DNA of 64,000 nucleotides from an uncultured Pseudomonadales bacterium (GCA_964618725.1 CAZUBK010000002.1:209543-273542), one strand, 5' to 3'; counted from the first letter of the stretch, positions 31,285 through 41,375 are shown. Notes: generated by a model from the sequence alone, not told the origin. Numbers and translations are program-made.

Positions 31285-31313
31285 GGGTTTGTTTATATTT
31301 GAGGCTTATGACG

Positions 31314-31538
31314 CTATCGAAGAGGGTCAAAACCACCCTTAAAGAGGGGGTTACACCTGAGAAAGCGCTTGATGCCAAGTAGACTGCCGTGAATTATACC
31401 GTAGGTAGTGACCGCTTGGCGAGTGTAATCCGAACAAGTGGGGGTGAAACGACAGGCAAACATAGATCCAGTGAGGGGGGACAGGAAGGAATGAAGAGCG
31501 GGAGAGAGATCTTTCTTGTAGAGATAAAGGAGATTCAT
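31314..31538 (-). CDS. yidD: membrane protein insertion efficiency factor YidD
   Basis: CRFTPTCSDY...RFLRCNP motif. Confidence 0.85.
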   Translation of the reverse strand: MNLLYLYKKDLSPALHSFLSPLTGSMFACRFTPTCSDYTRQAVTTYGIIHGSLLGIKRFLRCNPLFKGGFDPLR

Positions 31539-31543
31539 AAGAA

Positions 31544-31891
31544 TTATTTAACGATTAAGAATCGTCTTAACGAAGTAAGGAGAACGCCGCTAATATCGCT
31601 AACCTTAGCTTCAAGAAGTGGTTTTTTGGCGTAGATAATGATATCAAAACCAGGCTTAAGACTTGATAGAAAGGGGAGAAGCGAGGCAGTAAGGCGGCGG
31701 CGTACACTATTACGATCAACGGCACGACCAGATATCTTCTTACTGACGATGAAGGCAAAACGGGTTTCGGAATCTGAACCTGGAGAAGATGAACTAACAA
31801 GAGTGAAGAGGGGAGTATGGAGAGAATGCCCGGTGGATTCAGCTTGGTTCCGGGAGAAACGGAGAGGAAGGCGATGTTTTTTGGGGAGCAT
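31544..31891 (-). CDS. rnpA: ribonuclease P protein component
   Basis: FAFIVSKKISGRAVDRNSVRRRL RnpA motif. Between rpmH and yidD. Confidence 0.85.
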   Translation of the reverse strand: MLPKKHRLPLRFSRNQAESTGHSLHTPLFTLVSSSSPGSDSETRFAFIVSKKISGRAVDRNSVRRRLTASLLPFLSSLKPGFDIIIYAKKPLLEAKVSDISGVLLTSLRRFLIVK

Positions 31892-31916
31892 GGTTTGAGT
31901 TTACACCCGAGATTGA

Positions 31917-32060
31917 TTACACAGTGAGCTTGTGACGGCCTTTGGCGCGTCGACGCTTGAGAACGGCTTGACCGGCTTTGCGGAACATACGAGCGAGAAA
32001 TCCATGAACTCGAACGCGTTTCTTTTTCTTGGGCTGGTAAGTTCGTTTAGTTTTTGCCAT
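31917..32060 (-). CDS. rpmH: 50S ribosomal protein L34
   Basis: Manual translation gives [47 protein letters not shown]. Absent from the ORF track because it is under 60 aa. Confidence 0.9.
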   Translation of the reverse strand: MAKTKRTYQPKKKKRVRVHGFLARMFRKAGQAVLKRRRAKGRHKLTV

Positions 32061-32286
32061 GGAGAATTGTGATTAATTATCTTGATTAAGACAAGGGAAT
32101 TTTACCAAAAAGCGAGTACAAGCACAAGATGTGTTCAGGAGAATAAACTTGGCCACAAGAAGAGGAAATTGTGGATTACTTTTTTAATATTCAGCTTAGT
32201 TGGCTTATAGGAGGCTGATCGGAGAAAAGGCTCGTTTTGTTTGGGTCAACTGGGGGTTGGAATAGTGTGGAAAACTTCTTAGAGTA

Positions 32287-33654
32287 GTGCCCATGTGGGA
32301 CAAAGATCAGTTATGGCAGACAGTATCAGGAGAATTGGAAGTGGGGTTCTCGGGAGCGACTTTTAGTAGTTGGATTAAACCTTGTTTTATTATCTCATTG
32401 GCCGAGATGGATAGTGAGCGAATTTTGGTGGAGTTGGCTTGTTCGACGCCATATCATGTGCAGACTATAGACGAGAAATACTACACCCAGATAAAGAGGG
32501 CAATAGAATCTCAAACAGGAAGAAAATGTGAGTTGGCACTAGTAGTAAAACAGAAAGAGAGCGAGGGGAAGAAAAAGGAGGAGGTGGGAACGCTATTTGC
32601 TCAAGAAGAGAAGATAGATGACAGAGATCTTTTGATTGGTTGTGGACTTAATCCCAAGTTCACCTTTGATAACTTTGTGGTAGGGAGCTCGAATAATCTG
32701 GCTTACTCGGCGGCAAAGGCGGTGGTAGAGATGCCAGGAGGGAGACATAATCCACTATTTATCTACGGTGGGGTGGGGGTAGGAAAAACTCATTTAATGC
32801 ATGCTGTGGGAAGAGCAATGATGGAGAGGGGATATCCAAAAGTTAAGGCAGTTACCTCAGAGCAGTTTACAAATGAGTTTGTGGCTACACTTAGGAGTAA
32901 AATGGCGGATAGCTTTAAACAAAGATATCGAGGTGTTGATACTTTATTAATTGATGATATTCAGTTCATTGCGGGAAAGGAGCAGACCCAAGAGGAGTTT
33001 TTCCATACCTTCAATCATCTTTATGCCCAGAGTAAGCAGATAATCTTGACATCGGACAAGAAGCCACAAGAGATTACTGGATTGGAAGAGAGATTGTCGA
33101 GTCGGATGATGGGGGGACTGATGGTGGATATTGGATTACCTAACTTTGAAATGAGATTGGCGATTCTAAAACAAAAATGTAGTGAGATTAATATAGAGCC
33201 GGAGGAGGGGGCACTCGACTTAATCGCGACAAACGTGAACACCAACTCGAGAGAACTAGAAGGACTACTGATGAGACTGGTCAGCTTGGCCTCGATGGAA
33301 GGGAGTCGATTGAATCAGCGGATTGTAGAAAAAGAACTGGGAGTAAGGGGAACCAGGTTAGACAAGAGACTTAGACCACAAGAAGTGATCTCGTTGATTG
33401 CTAAACAATTTGAGTTTAAGAACAAGGATCTGGTGGGAGCAAGCAGGAAGGCAGAACTGGTCAGGGCGAGACACGTGGCAATGTATATCTTGCGAGTAGA
33501 AATGGGGCTGACACTACAACAGGTGGCATCGTTGATGGGGAGGAGTGACCATACGACGGTGCTTCATGCGGTAGACAAGGTAGAAAAGGAATTTATGATT
33601 AATTTGGAAACGAGAGAACAGGTGATGAGGGTAAAGCAGCAACTGTATCATTGA
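32287..33654 (+). CDS. dnaA: chromosomal replication initiator DnaA
   Basis: AAA+ P-loop GGVGVGKTHLMHAVG. C-terminal DNA-binding helix-turn-helix region. Confidence 0.95.
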   Translation: MPMWDKDQLWQTVSGELEVGFSGATFSSWIKPCFIISLAEMDSERILVELACSTPYHVQTIDEKYYTQIKRAIESQTGRKCELALVVKQKESEGKKKEEVGTLFAQEEKIDDRDLLIGCGLNPKFTFDNFVVGSSNNLAYSAAKAVVEMPGGRHNPLFIYGGVGVGKTHLMHAVGRAMMERGYPKVKAVTSEQFTNEFVATLRSKMADSFKQRYRGVDTLLIDDIQFIAGKEQTQEEFFHTFNHLYAQSKQIILTSDKKPQEITGLEERLSSRMMGGLMVDIGLPNFEMRLAILKQKCSEINIEPEEGALDLIATNVNTNSRELEGLLMRLVSLASMEGSRLNQRIVEKELGVRGTRLDKRLRPQEVISLIAKQFEFKNKDLVGASRKAELVRARHVAMYILRVEMGLTLQQVASLMGRSDHTTVLHAVDKVEKEFMINLETREQVMRVKQQLYH

Positions 33655-33977
33655 GAGAAGAAGTTAGGATATGGATATGGATGTGGATGAAATGGGGAGG
33701 GTGGTGGAAATGTGGGGAAACCAGAGAAATATGCACATTTAAGAGTCTTTTATACACGAGATAATCCACAGGAACTGCGGATTGTGCGGGAAGAGAAACC
33801 CGAAGAGACAAGCAGGGAAAAACTAGAATGGTTTAGCAGTAAGATGGATATATCTATTATAAATTGATTTTTAGCAAATCCATCAGGCAAGAGTTAGCTT
33901 GACTTTCAACAAATCCACAGCGACTATTATTAGGACAACAAGATTTTTTAAAAAATATAAATTTACAGAACAAAAGA
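33655..33977. promoter_or_regulatory. candidate oriC (DnaA-box cluster + AT-rich unwinding region) between dnaA and dnaN
   Basis: DnaA-box-like 9-mers TGTGGATGA (33683), TAATCCACA (33762), AAATCCATC (33875), AAATCCACA (33910). AT-rich tract at 33941-33975. Confidence 0.5.
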
Positions 33978-35075
33978 TTGAAAGTAAATGTTTTGGCGGA
34001 GAATCTAAACAGGGCAATGAGTATTACATCTCGCGTGGTGGCTAGTCGAGCTCAGTTGCCGATTTTGAGCAATGTTTTACTTAGAGCTACAAAGGAGGGA
34101 CTTCAGGTCTTGGCAACTGATTTGGAGATTGGAGTGAGGCTTTGGGTTGGTGCGAAGGTAGAAGAGGAAGGGGAAATATGTATCTCGGCTCGAGTTTTGG
34201 CGGAGTTTGTAGGGACATTGTCTTCGGGGGTGATTGAGATGGCGATTGAAAAAGAGAACTTGGTTCTGAAGGTAGAAGGATCGACGGCAAGGCTTCCGGG
34301 AGTAGACGGAGGGGAGTTTCCGGCGATACCGAGTTCTAAAAGTAAGGTGGATTTGGAACTGCCAATAGAGAGACTTGTGGAGATTGTGAACACGGTTTCT
34401 TTTGCGGCGGCGAGGGATGACAGTCGGCCAATATTCACTGGAATATTGTGGAAGTTAGAGGCAGGTAAGTTGACCTTGGCAGCGACTGATGGGTACAGGT
34501 TGAGCGTGGATGAGCTCAAGGTGGAGACGGATAAAACTGAAGCATTTGTGTTACCGGTTAGAGCATTGCAAGAGGTGGTCAAGGGAGTGGAGAAGGGAGA
34601 GAAAAAAGTGGGTTTGTATGTAGATTTAGAGAAACAACAGGTGATCTTTAAGGCAGGGGGGACAGAATGGGTGAGTCGGCTCTTGTCGGGAGAGTTCCCT
34701 CCATACAATCAGATTCTGCCGAGTGGGTTTGTAACAAAGATGACAGTGGGTAGGCTGGAATTGGGTGAAGCAGTGAAGCGGGCACTCATTTTTGCTAAGG
34801 AGAGTGCCAATATTGTGAAACTTAGTATTGGGGAAGGTAAATTGGTGGTGAGTGCAAATGGAGCAGCTGGTGGAGGAGAGACGACGATGGAGGTGGAGAT
34901 GGAGGGAGAATCAGAGACAGTGGCGTTTAATGGACGGTATGTCGTGGACTATCTGAACGTAGCAGAATCAGAAGATGTTGTCTTTGAGAGCGCAGGCCCG
35001 CTTAAGGCTGGGCTGTTTAAGATGCCAGGGAAGAAATTATTGCATGTAATCATGCCGGTTAGGGTGCAGGGTTAG
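33978..35075 (+). CDS. dnaN: DNA polymerase III beta sliding clamp
   Basis: 365 aa. N-terminal MKVNVLAENLNRAMSITSRVV...PILSNVLL is typical of DnaN. Follows dnaA. Confidence 0.92.
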   Translation: MKVNVLAENLNRAMSITSRVVASRAQLPILSNVLLRATKEGLQVLATDLEIGVRLWVGAKVEEEGEICISARVLAEFVGTLSSGVIEMAIEKENLVLKVEGSTARLPGVDGGEFPAIPSSKSKVDLELPIERLVEIVNTVSFAAARDDSRPIFTGILWKLEAGKLTLAATDGYRLSVDELKVETDKTEAFVLPVRALQEVVKGVEKGEKKVGLYVDLEKQQVIFKAGGTEWVSRLLSGEFPPYNQILPSGFVTKMTVGRLELGEAVKRALIFAKESANIVKLSIGEGKLVVSANGAAGGGETTMEVEMEGESETVAFNGRYVVDYLNVAESEDVVFESAGPLKAGLFKMPGKKLLHVIMPVRVQG

Positions 35076-35076
35076 C

Positions 35077-35634
35077 CTAATCGATTCCGGGAGGGGTGGT
35101 AGTGAGTAGGTAGGGAGATAGGGTTTGAAATTCTTGGAGGGTAGTGGGAGTAAAGTACCAGATCTCGACGACTTTGCCAGAGACTTGATGTGTGCCCAGG
35201 GCAATGCCGTGACTTGGGAAGATGTAAACAGGATAATAGGGACCAAGGTAGTCGGTGTAAAGAGTCGCGGCTGGTCGACCTAGCTTGGGGGTAAGATCCC
35301 GAATATTGGTATCTTCTGTGAGTTTGGTTTTTTGGATAAGGAGAGTAACTTCGTTGTCGTCGACGATAGCAACATGGGGATCCTGGACATAATCTGAGGT
35401 GAACTGAAGGGAGGTTTTGCCATTGATTGTGTCTTGGGAAATGGGGTTGCCAAGAACGGCAATGAGATCGGCGGGAGTAGAGATATTGGGGCGGATGTTT
35501 TGATAGGTGAGAGTGGGTTGAGGAAGTGGGGTAAGGAGACGGAACATAATACCAATGACGATGAGAGTAATAAAAATGAGGGGAGTGTAGAATCTGGGGG
35601 AACGGGGATTGAGTTTGGATAAATTAAGTTTCAT
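35077..35634 (-). CDS. bitopic membrane protein, hypothetical (VirB8-like topology; speculative)
   Basis: One N-terminal TM, then ~150-aa extracytoplasmic domain. Start abuts the stop of the 978-aa gene. Confidence 0.45.
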   Translation of the reverse strand: MKLNLSKLNPRSPRFYTPLIFITLIVIGIMFRLLTPLPQPTLTYQNIRPNISTPADLIAVLGNPISQDTINGKTSLQFTSDYVQDPHVAIVDDNEVTLLIQKTKLTEDTNIRDLTPKLGRPAATLYTDYLGPYYPVYIFPSHGIALGTHQVSGKVVEIWYFTPTTLQEFQTLSPYLLTTTPPGID

Positions 35635-38571
35635 TTAGTTTCCTATTGTATATTTTCTAGCAAAACGCATGTGATTTGGATAAGAGGCAGAGACGTTGCA
35701 ATAACTGCCATAGTTGTCGCAGGCGACGAAGACACCAAAAGATTCAGCAAGGTCTTCGGCAATTGGGACGGCGGTAGGATTTTCGTCCCAAGGATAAGTG
35801 TTGAGTAAGCCTTCGCTGCCGATAATGAAAAGAAAGTCTTGGCGGAGCGGAGTGGAGCGATCGGCAAAGTGACCAAGCTCGTGAGCGAGGGTATAGCCGA
35901 CTTTCCAAGGGTCTAGACCAGAAAAGCAGTCATTGAAGTTGTTAAACCAGATGGCATTACCGGTGGCAATTCCGCAAAAATCGACATTGACAGGGTCGTA
36001 TCTTAGATTGATGGTGCCAGTTTTGCAGGCATTGTTCATGAGGATAGGATATCGGGAAGCGATAATAGTAGCAGCATCAGCGATAGCTTTTTGGTGTTCG
36101 GGGACTGGACCCCAGGTATTATCAAACTTAAGACAAGAGATGGTTGGTGGAGCAATGCCTCCACCTCCGGGATAGATACCAGTGCCCCCTGGGCCAACAC
36201 CGGACTCAAGTTGGACGAGGGTGGAAAGGAGGGGGGCAATGTTGATGGTGGGGATGTAGACGAAGAGATAGCCGGCGATGATAGCGGCAAAGATGATGGG
36301 AGCGAGGAAGACGATGGAGATGGAAGACATGATAACAAGAGGGAAGGAGGTAACGGCAACTAAAACAGCACCAGCCCCACCTGCGAGCATTTTCCAGTCG
36401 AAGTCCCAACCAAAGATATTGCGCCAGACGGACTTAAAGCTTTTCCAGAGAAAACCGATGGTTTTTTCAACAACGAAGCCAAGGACGGCACCGACAATGA
36501 TTCCGATAGGACCAGCAAGTGCACCAAGAGTTCCTCCGGCAGCGGCAGCGGCGGTGGTGGTAGCAGCTGTCGTGGCACCTTTGGCGACGAGTTGAGCGGC
36601 AACGGTTTTGAGGCCTTGTTTGATACCTTCTTTGGTGATAGTTTTGGTCGCTTGGCCAAGGAGTTTGACACTGACCTGTTTACTTAGAGATATACCTTGA
36701 ACAAAACCCTTAATGAAACCTCGACCTTCGGCTTGGCCGACTTGTTTCATGACCCAGTTGCCGACAGATTGAGTGGGATGGGAGACAAATCGAAAGGTGG
36801 ATCTTATTGGTTGAGGTAGGGATGAGGCAACCTTTGAGGTGGCAACTTGATATGAAGATGGTTTTTTGGGACGACTGATGTCATGATCGAGACTGGGGAC
36901 TCGGCCCTCGTTTTGGCGGATTTGAGATTGTTTGAGGACTGTTCTGTACAGGTGAAACTGTCGATTCTTGCCGTGTTGTTTTTTTAGCGAGGTAGAGGCT
37001 TTGGCTACATGTCTTGGGGTAATGCCAAGATTACTGAAGCCTATACTACCTGCTAGATGGGGTTCTCTAATGGTTCTAAAAAAAGCTTCTGCTTCAGTGG
37101 CCTTAGCAGTAGGAATGGAGTGAACTTCCGTAGGATTCTGTTTAATTGTGATTTCACGAGTTTCTTTTTGAAGAGAGGCAACGTCTTTGTTTATGTCGTC
37201 GATTACTCTGTTGGCTTCACCTGACTCGATAAGGCGAACAATGGCTTGTTGGTTTCCAGTATTGGTTTTCTCGATGTGTTCTTGGAGAGCGGATTGTTCT
37301 GGATAGGCCTTGTCGGCCTCATTGAGGAGAATACTGTTCTGAAATTTGGCCACTTCTTCGGTGGCTTTCTTAGTAGCTTTAGCAAAACTAATTATTTGTA
37401 GATCTTGATATTGAACAAGAGTGGCAGATTCTGGTTCGAGAAAACTTGTTTTACGAAAGGTGTCAATATCATCGATGGCGTTGATAACTCTGGGATCTGT
37501 GGGAAGAACTTGGGGAAGGTGAGATTGTATTTGTTGATCGAGCGTATATATTTCAGATTCAGGATCGAGACTGGCGGCTATAATGGCGGCATCTTCAGTG
37601 GATTCTATAATGTCGAGAGATGAAAGAAGGGAGAGCGTTTGGATGTTGGCGGTTGAATCAAGTCCTAGGGGGGTGAGGATTTCTTTGGCGAGTTCTGTAT
37701 TGAGAAACTCAGGATCAGTTCCAGGTTTGGTACTGCTGACAACGACCATGGCGAGTTCTTGTTGATGCTGGTCCAGTTCGGCACGTTTTTGTTTGAGAAG
37801 ATTTAGGGCAATTCTTTTTTGGACAAGTTTAAGAATTAATTTTTTTTGGCCATCAGTCTCAAACTTGATGCGGGTTTCTATTTCCTCATTGAGGGCTTGT
37901 GCTTCACTTAAAGCAGAGAGTTGTTGGGCCATTAGAGCTTGATCGACGGTGCCAGAGGTGGTTAGATCTTCATGGTCTTGTTCTCCTGTAGGTGTTTTCT
38001 CACCTCCTTGGGTTTCTTCTTCAAATGTTTCACCTACTTTCTCTTCTTCTTGCTTTGGGGGTTCTTCTTCGGTTTCTGTTTCATCAATACGGGCGACTAC
38101 GGTGTCAGATGGAGTAATGATCTTAGTGTCGTCGTAATAATCGATGCCAGTCTTAAGATTGCTAACTTTTATTGAGTCGCCTACCTGTTTTAGATTGGAG
38201 ACATCTCCGTTTACTAATGTGGGGAGTAATTGAGGATAGCCTTCAAGGGTTAGTTTTTCGAGATGTTGAATTACATCTTTGGAAGAGTCTTGACCAGATA
38301 GGTGAATGGGAATATTGGCCTTAATTTTTTCAAACGACATTTTGTAAAGGCGTCGGGCGAAGGATTTGACTGTATCATCACTCCATCCCTGTCCATGGGG
38401 ATCTTCACTTTTGGACAGTTCCATAACATAACTAAGGGCTTGATTGAATTTACTTTCACTTGGCCTTAAGTTGCTGATAGGAGCTTGGATATAGGAAGCA
38501 ATAACCTGAAGTGCACCCTGAATTCTTTGATCATATTCAGTAATACCTCTCTTTTTGGGATCGTAGGGCAT
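35635..38571 (-). CDS. large coiled-coil/membrane protein with C-terminal HExxH zinc-metallopeptidase-like domain
   Basis: Acidic coiled-coil N-terminal region. Two long hydrophobic segments (aa ~650-760). C-terminal GYTLAHELGHF motif. Lies 42 nt downstream of VirB4. Confidence 0.65.
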   Translation of the reverse strand: MPYDPKKRGITEYDQRIQGALQVIASYIQAPISNLRPSESKFNQALSYVMELSKSEDPHGQGWSDDTVKSFARRLYKMSFEKIKANIPIHLSGQDSSKDVIQHLEKLTLEGYPQLLPTLVNGDVSNLKQVGDSIKVSNLKTGIDYYDDTKIITPSDTVVARIDETETEEEPPKQEEEKVGETFEEETQGGEKTPTGEQDHEDLTTSGTVDQALMAQQLSALSEAQALNEEIETRIKFETDGQKKLILKLVQKRIALNLLKQKRAELDQHQQELAMVVVSSTKPGTDPEFLNTELAKEILTPLGLDSTANIQTLSLLSSLDIIESTEDAAIIAASLDPESEIYTLDQQIQSHLPQVLPTDPRVINAIDDIDTFRKTSFLEPESATLVQYQDLQIISFAKATKKATEEVAKFQNSILLNEADKAYPEQSALQEHIEKTNTGNQQAIVRLIESGEANRVIDDINKDVASLQKETREITIKQNPTEVHSIPTAKATEAEAFFRTIREPHLAGSIGFSNLGITPRHVAKASTSLKKQHGKNRQFHLYRTVLKQSQIRQNEGRVPSLDHDISRPKKPSSYQVATSKVASSLPQPIRSTFRFVSHPTQSVGNWVMKQVGQAEGRGFIKGFVQGISLSKQVSVKLLGQATKTITKEGIKQGLKTVAAQLVAKGATTAATTTAAAAAGGTLGALAGPIGIIVGAVLGFVVEKTIGFLWKSFKSVWRNIFGWDFDWKMLAGGAGAVLVAVTSFPLVIMSSISIVFLAPIIFAAIIAGYLFVYIPTINIAPLLSTLVQLESGVGPGGTGIYPGGGGIAPPTISCLKFDNTWGPVPEHQKAIADAATIIASRYPILMNNACKTGTINLRYDPVNVDFCGIATGNAIWFNNFNDCFSGLDPWKVGYTLAHELGHFADRSTPLRQDFLFIIGSEGLLNTYPWDENPTAVPIAEDLAESFGVFVACDNYGSYCNVSASYPNHMRFARKYTIGN

Positions 38572-38613
38572 GGCTATATTTTACAAGCTTGTGAGGAGAA
38601 AAACAGTTCATGA

Positions 38614-40476
38614 TTAAACTTGGCTTTGTTCGAGCTGTCTTTGTGCTTGCTGTTCTTCTTGGCGGGCGAGAATTTCGGAGGGTTTGGTAGTGACGAGGGC
38701 GTGTTCGTCGGGCGAGGCGACAACACGCAGAGCGACGTGGTTTTGGCCGGCAAAGAAGATGCCTTCACCAACATTGGCAGCGAGAAGGAGGTGGCGTTCA
38801 CCTTGGGAGAGATAGAAGGTTTCACCAACGGAGTCGATACCGGCAGGAGACTGTTTCATGAGGAACTGAAGGGCAGAGTTGGTGACGATAGCTTTGCCGT
38901 ATTGGGAATTTAAAAAGTCTTCGGCATTTTGAGAGATGATAGTAACGCCGAGGTAGTATTTGCGGGCGCGTTTGACGAAGCCCTGGAGGACTTTGGCAGA
39001 GTCTTCGTGGCGCATAAGGTACCAAGCTTCATCGACGACGAGGAGACGTTTTTTGAGTTGTTTACGGATCTTGGTCCAGATGAAGTCGAGAATCAGGAAC
39101 ATGACGATGGGGCGGATTTCGTCAGCGAGTTCGCGGAGGGTGAAGACGGTCATGGCGGAGTCGATCTCGACATTACTTTGTTGGTCGAAAATGCCTTTGA
39201 GGGCGCCCTTGACATATTTTTCGAGGCGGGCGGCGATGCCGGAGGCTTCAGGCTCTTCCATGCCAATGAGGGCTTTGTAGAGGTCTTCCATTCGGGGGGG
39301 TTCGAGGTGGTGAGTAGAGGGATCTTGGGTAATACCTTTTTGTTGGTAAGTGAGGACGAGGGCGCGATTTAGGATGGCGTCTTCATTGGGAGAGAGGGCA
39401 CCAAGCATGATCTTGAGAAGGGATTGGAGAAAGAGATATTTGTAGCTCATTTCATCGGCGGTGGAAGTCTTGGGATCAGGTAACTGAAAGGGGTTGATTT
39501 TGTGCTCTGAGGTGACGGAGAAGGCGATATAGTTGCCGCCGACGGCGCGACACATCATTTCGTATTCGTTTTCCGGGTCGATGATGATGGCTTCGGTGCC
39601 GAACATGACGGAGCGCATGAGTTCTAATTTAACGCTGTAACTTTTACCGCTACCGCTAGTAGCGAGGACGAGCATGTTGGCGTTCTCTAATGAAAAACGG
39701 TCAAAAATGACCAAAGATTCGTTATGCTCATTGATACCATATAGGATACCTTGGTTGTCGGTGAGTTCGGAAGAAGTGAAGGGGAAGGTCGTGGAGAGGG
39801 CGGTAGTATCCATATTTCTAATAATGAGGAGACGATCTTTACAGTAAGGAAGGGTACTTTTGAAGGCGTCTTCTTGAGAGAGAGAGGCGACTTTGCTGAC
39901 GATGATGAGGGAGGCAAGAAGACTTTGAACTTGGTTGGTGATGGTTTCAAGTTCTTTAGTGGTATCGGCGGAGATGGTGATGTAGAGGGAGAACTGAAAG
40001 AAGCGCTCAATCCCTTTAACGAGTTGCTCTTGGAGGACTTTGGCGTCTTCGAGCTGGGCTTGGGTGGCGGCTTGGGGGATGCGGCCGCGTTCGATATCGG
40101 CGCCAATTTCGGCTTCCATTTCGGCGATGCGACGACGGAGCTGTTCGAGTGTGCCTTTGACCTCGACGGGGTAGACGAACATGGAGATATCTATACTGTG
40201 GTCGAAGTTGATGAGAGGGGAGAGCCAATTGGCGGAGACGTAACGGGGGTAACCGGCGACAAAGAGGGTGCGGATATATGTATTACCGATCTTGAGGAAG
40301 CTGAAGTCGACTTCAATACTAGGTGGGGCGAGGATATCCTGGATGTTGACTTCACCGGTAATATTGAGGGTAAGATCGGAAGGGGAAGTGGAGAGAGTTT
40401 GGCCTTTAGGAGGATTGTTCAGGGGGGCTGAGGGAGTGGTGTTTGTTGATGGAGTTTTTTTGAGAAAGGGCAGCAT
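38614..40476 (-). CDS. VirB4/TrbE/PrgJ-family type IV secretion ATPase (ATPase portion)
   Basis: Walker A LATSGSGKS, Walker B LLVVDEAW. N-terminal YIRTLFVAGYPRYVSANWLSPLI block typical of VirB4. Confidence 0.8.
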   Translation of the reverse strand: MLPFLKKTPSTNTTPSAPLNNPPKGQTLSTSPSDLTLNITGEVNIQDILAPPSIEVDFSFLKIGNTYIRTLFVAGYPRYVSANWLSPLINFDHSIDISMFVYPVEVKGTLEQLRRRIAEMEAEIGADIERGRIPQAATQAQLEDAKVLQEQLVKGIERFFQFSLYITISADTTKELETITNQVQSLLASLIIVSKVASLSQEDAFKSTLPYCKDRLLIIRNMDTTALSTTFPFTSSELTDNQGILYGINEHNESLVIFDRFSLENANMLVLATSGSGKSYSVKLELMRSVMFGTEAIIIDPENEYEMMCRAVGGNYIAFSVTSEHKINPFQLPDPKTSTADEMSYKYLFLQSLLKIMLGALSPNEDAILNRALVLTYQQKGITQDPSTHHLEPPRMEDLYKALIGMEEPEASGIAARLEKYVKGALKGIFDQQSNVEIDSAMTVFTLRELADEIRPIVMFLILDFIWTKIRKQLKKRLLVVDEAWYLMRHEDSAKVLQGFVKRARKYYLGVTIISQNAEDFLNSQYGKAIVTNSALQFLMKQSPAGIDSVGETFYLSQGERHLLLAANVGEGIFFAGQNHVALRVVASPDEHALVTTKPSEILARQEEQQAQRQLEQSQV

Positions 40477-41352
40477 TTAGATTTGGTTAACACTAATTGG
40501 TTGTGTCGTTGTCGCCGAGGCCAAAGGTGGGGAAGTAGGAGTAGGCGATATCGTTTTCTGGGTGGAAGTCGTTTCGTCAGGGCTGCCTGGAGCCTTAAAG
40601 ACAATATTGGTAGGTTGAGGAGGGGGAGTGGATTCTCCTGGGAGGATTTTGGAGCTGATTTGAATTGGAGTAACGACTGGAGCGACTTGGACGGCAGTAG
40701 TTTCGAATTCTTTGGGATTGACCAGGAAGGGTGGAGTAACAACATCTGGGTTGTAGATACGATAGAAGAGAGTGAGGAGCTCTTGGGTAGTTAGTTGGCG
40801 GGTTTGGAGACCCAGACGGGCAAACTGACGAATGAGGTGGTCACGGCGGGGGTAGAGGGAGATCTTGGCTTTCTCGAGGATGTAGTTGTCTTCGAAAGTA
40901 GGCTTTTGGGGAGCAGGGGCGAGGGGGTTAAAGGATTTGACAGAGAGACCAAGTTCGATAGCAGTAAAGGGGACAATGACGTAGAACTTTTTTTCCATGA
41001 CTTTGTTTTCTTTGACGAGGCTTTTGATGTAGGTGCGATATTTGATGATCTGCTCTTTGATTTTTTGAGAGCGGATGGTTTCGAGTTGGGTGTCGAGGCG
41101 TTCGACGTAGTCACTTATATCTTTTCTGGTGGAGCGAAGAAGAACCTGGACGGTGAAGGAGAGTGAGTTGAGCAGGGCGGCGTAGCCGTAGATGGTGGCG
41201 TCTTGTTCTTCCTCGGAGAGGAGGCCGAAGTTGATAGCGGAGGTCTGGAGGACGATGGCGACGGAGCCGTCTTTGAGAATGACAAGATGATCTTTAATGG
41301 TATGGATGTCGAGATGGCTTTGGGTGGTTGCCTTGATGGCTTTATCGGACAT
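40477..41352 (-). CDS. VirB4 N-terminal domain-like protein (separated from ATPase ORF by one in-frame TAA)
   Basis: LKDGSVAIVLQTSAINFGLLSEEEQDATIYGYAALLNSLSFTVQVLLRSTR resembles the VirB4 N-terminus. Pro/Thr-rich C-terminal tail. Stop at 40477-40479 is immediately followed by the ATG of the next ORF. Confidence 0.6.
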   Translation of the reverse strand: MSDKAIKATTQSHLDIHTIKDHLVILKDGSVAIVLQTSAINFGLLSEEEQDATIYGYAALLNSLSFTVQVLLRSTRKDISDYVERLDTQLETIRSQKIKEQIIKYRTYIKSLVKENKVMEKKFYVIVPFTAIELGLSVKSFNPLAPAPQKPTFEDNYILEKAKISLYPRRDHLIRQFARLGLQTRQLTTQELLTLFYRIYNPDVVTPPFLVNPKEFETTAVQVAPVVTPIQISSKILPGESTPPPQPTNIVFKAPGSPDETTSTQKTISPTPTSPPLASATTTQPISVNQI

Positions 41353-41375
41353 GCTCTCAGTATACCTAAACAGGA

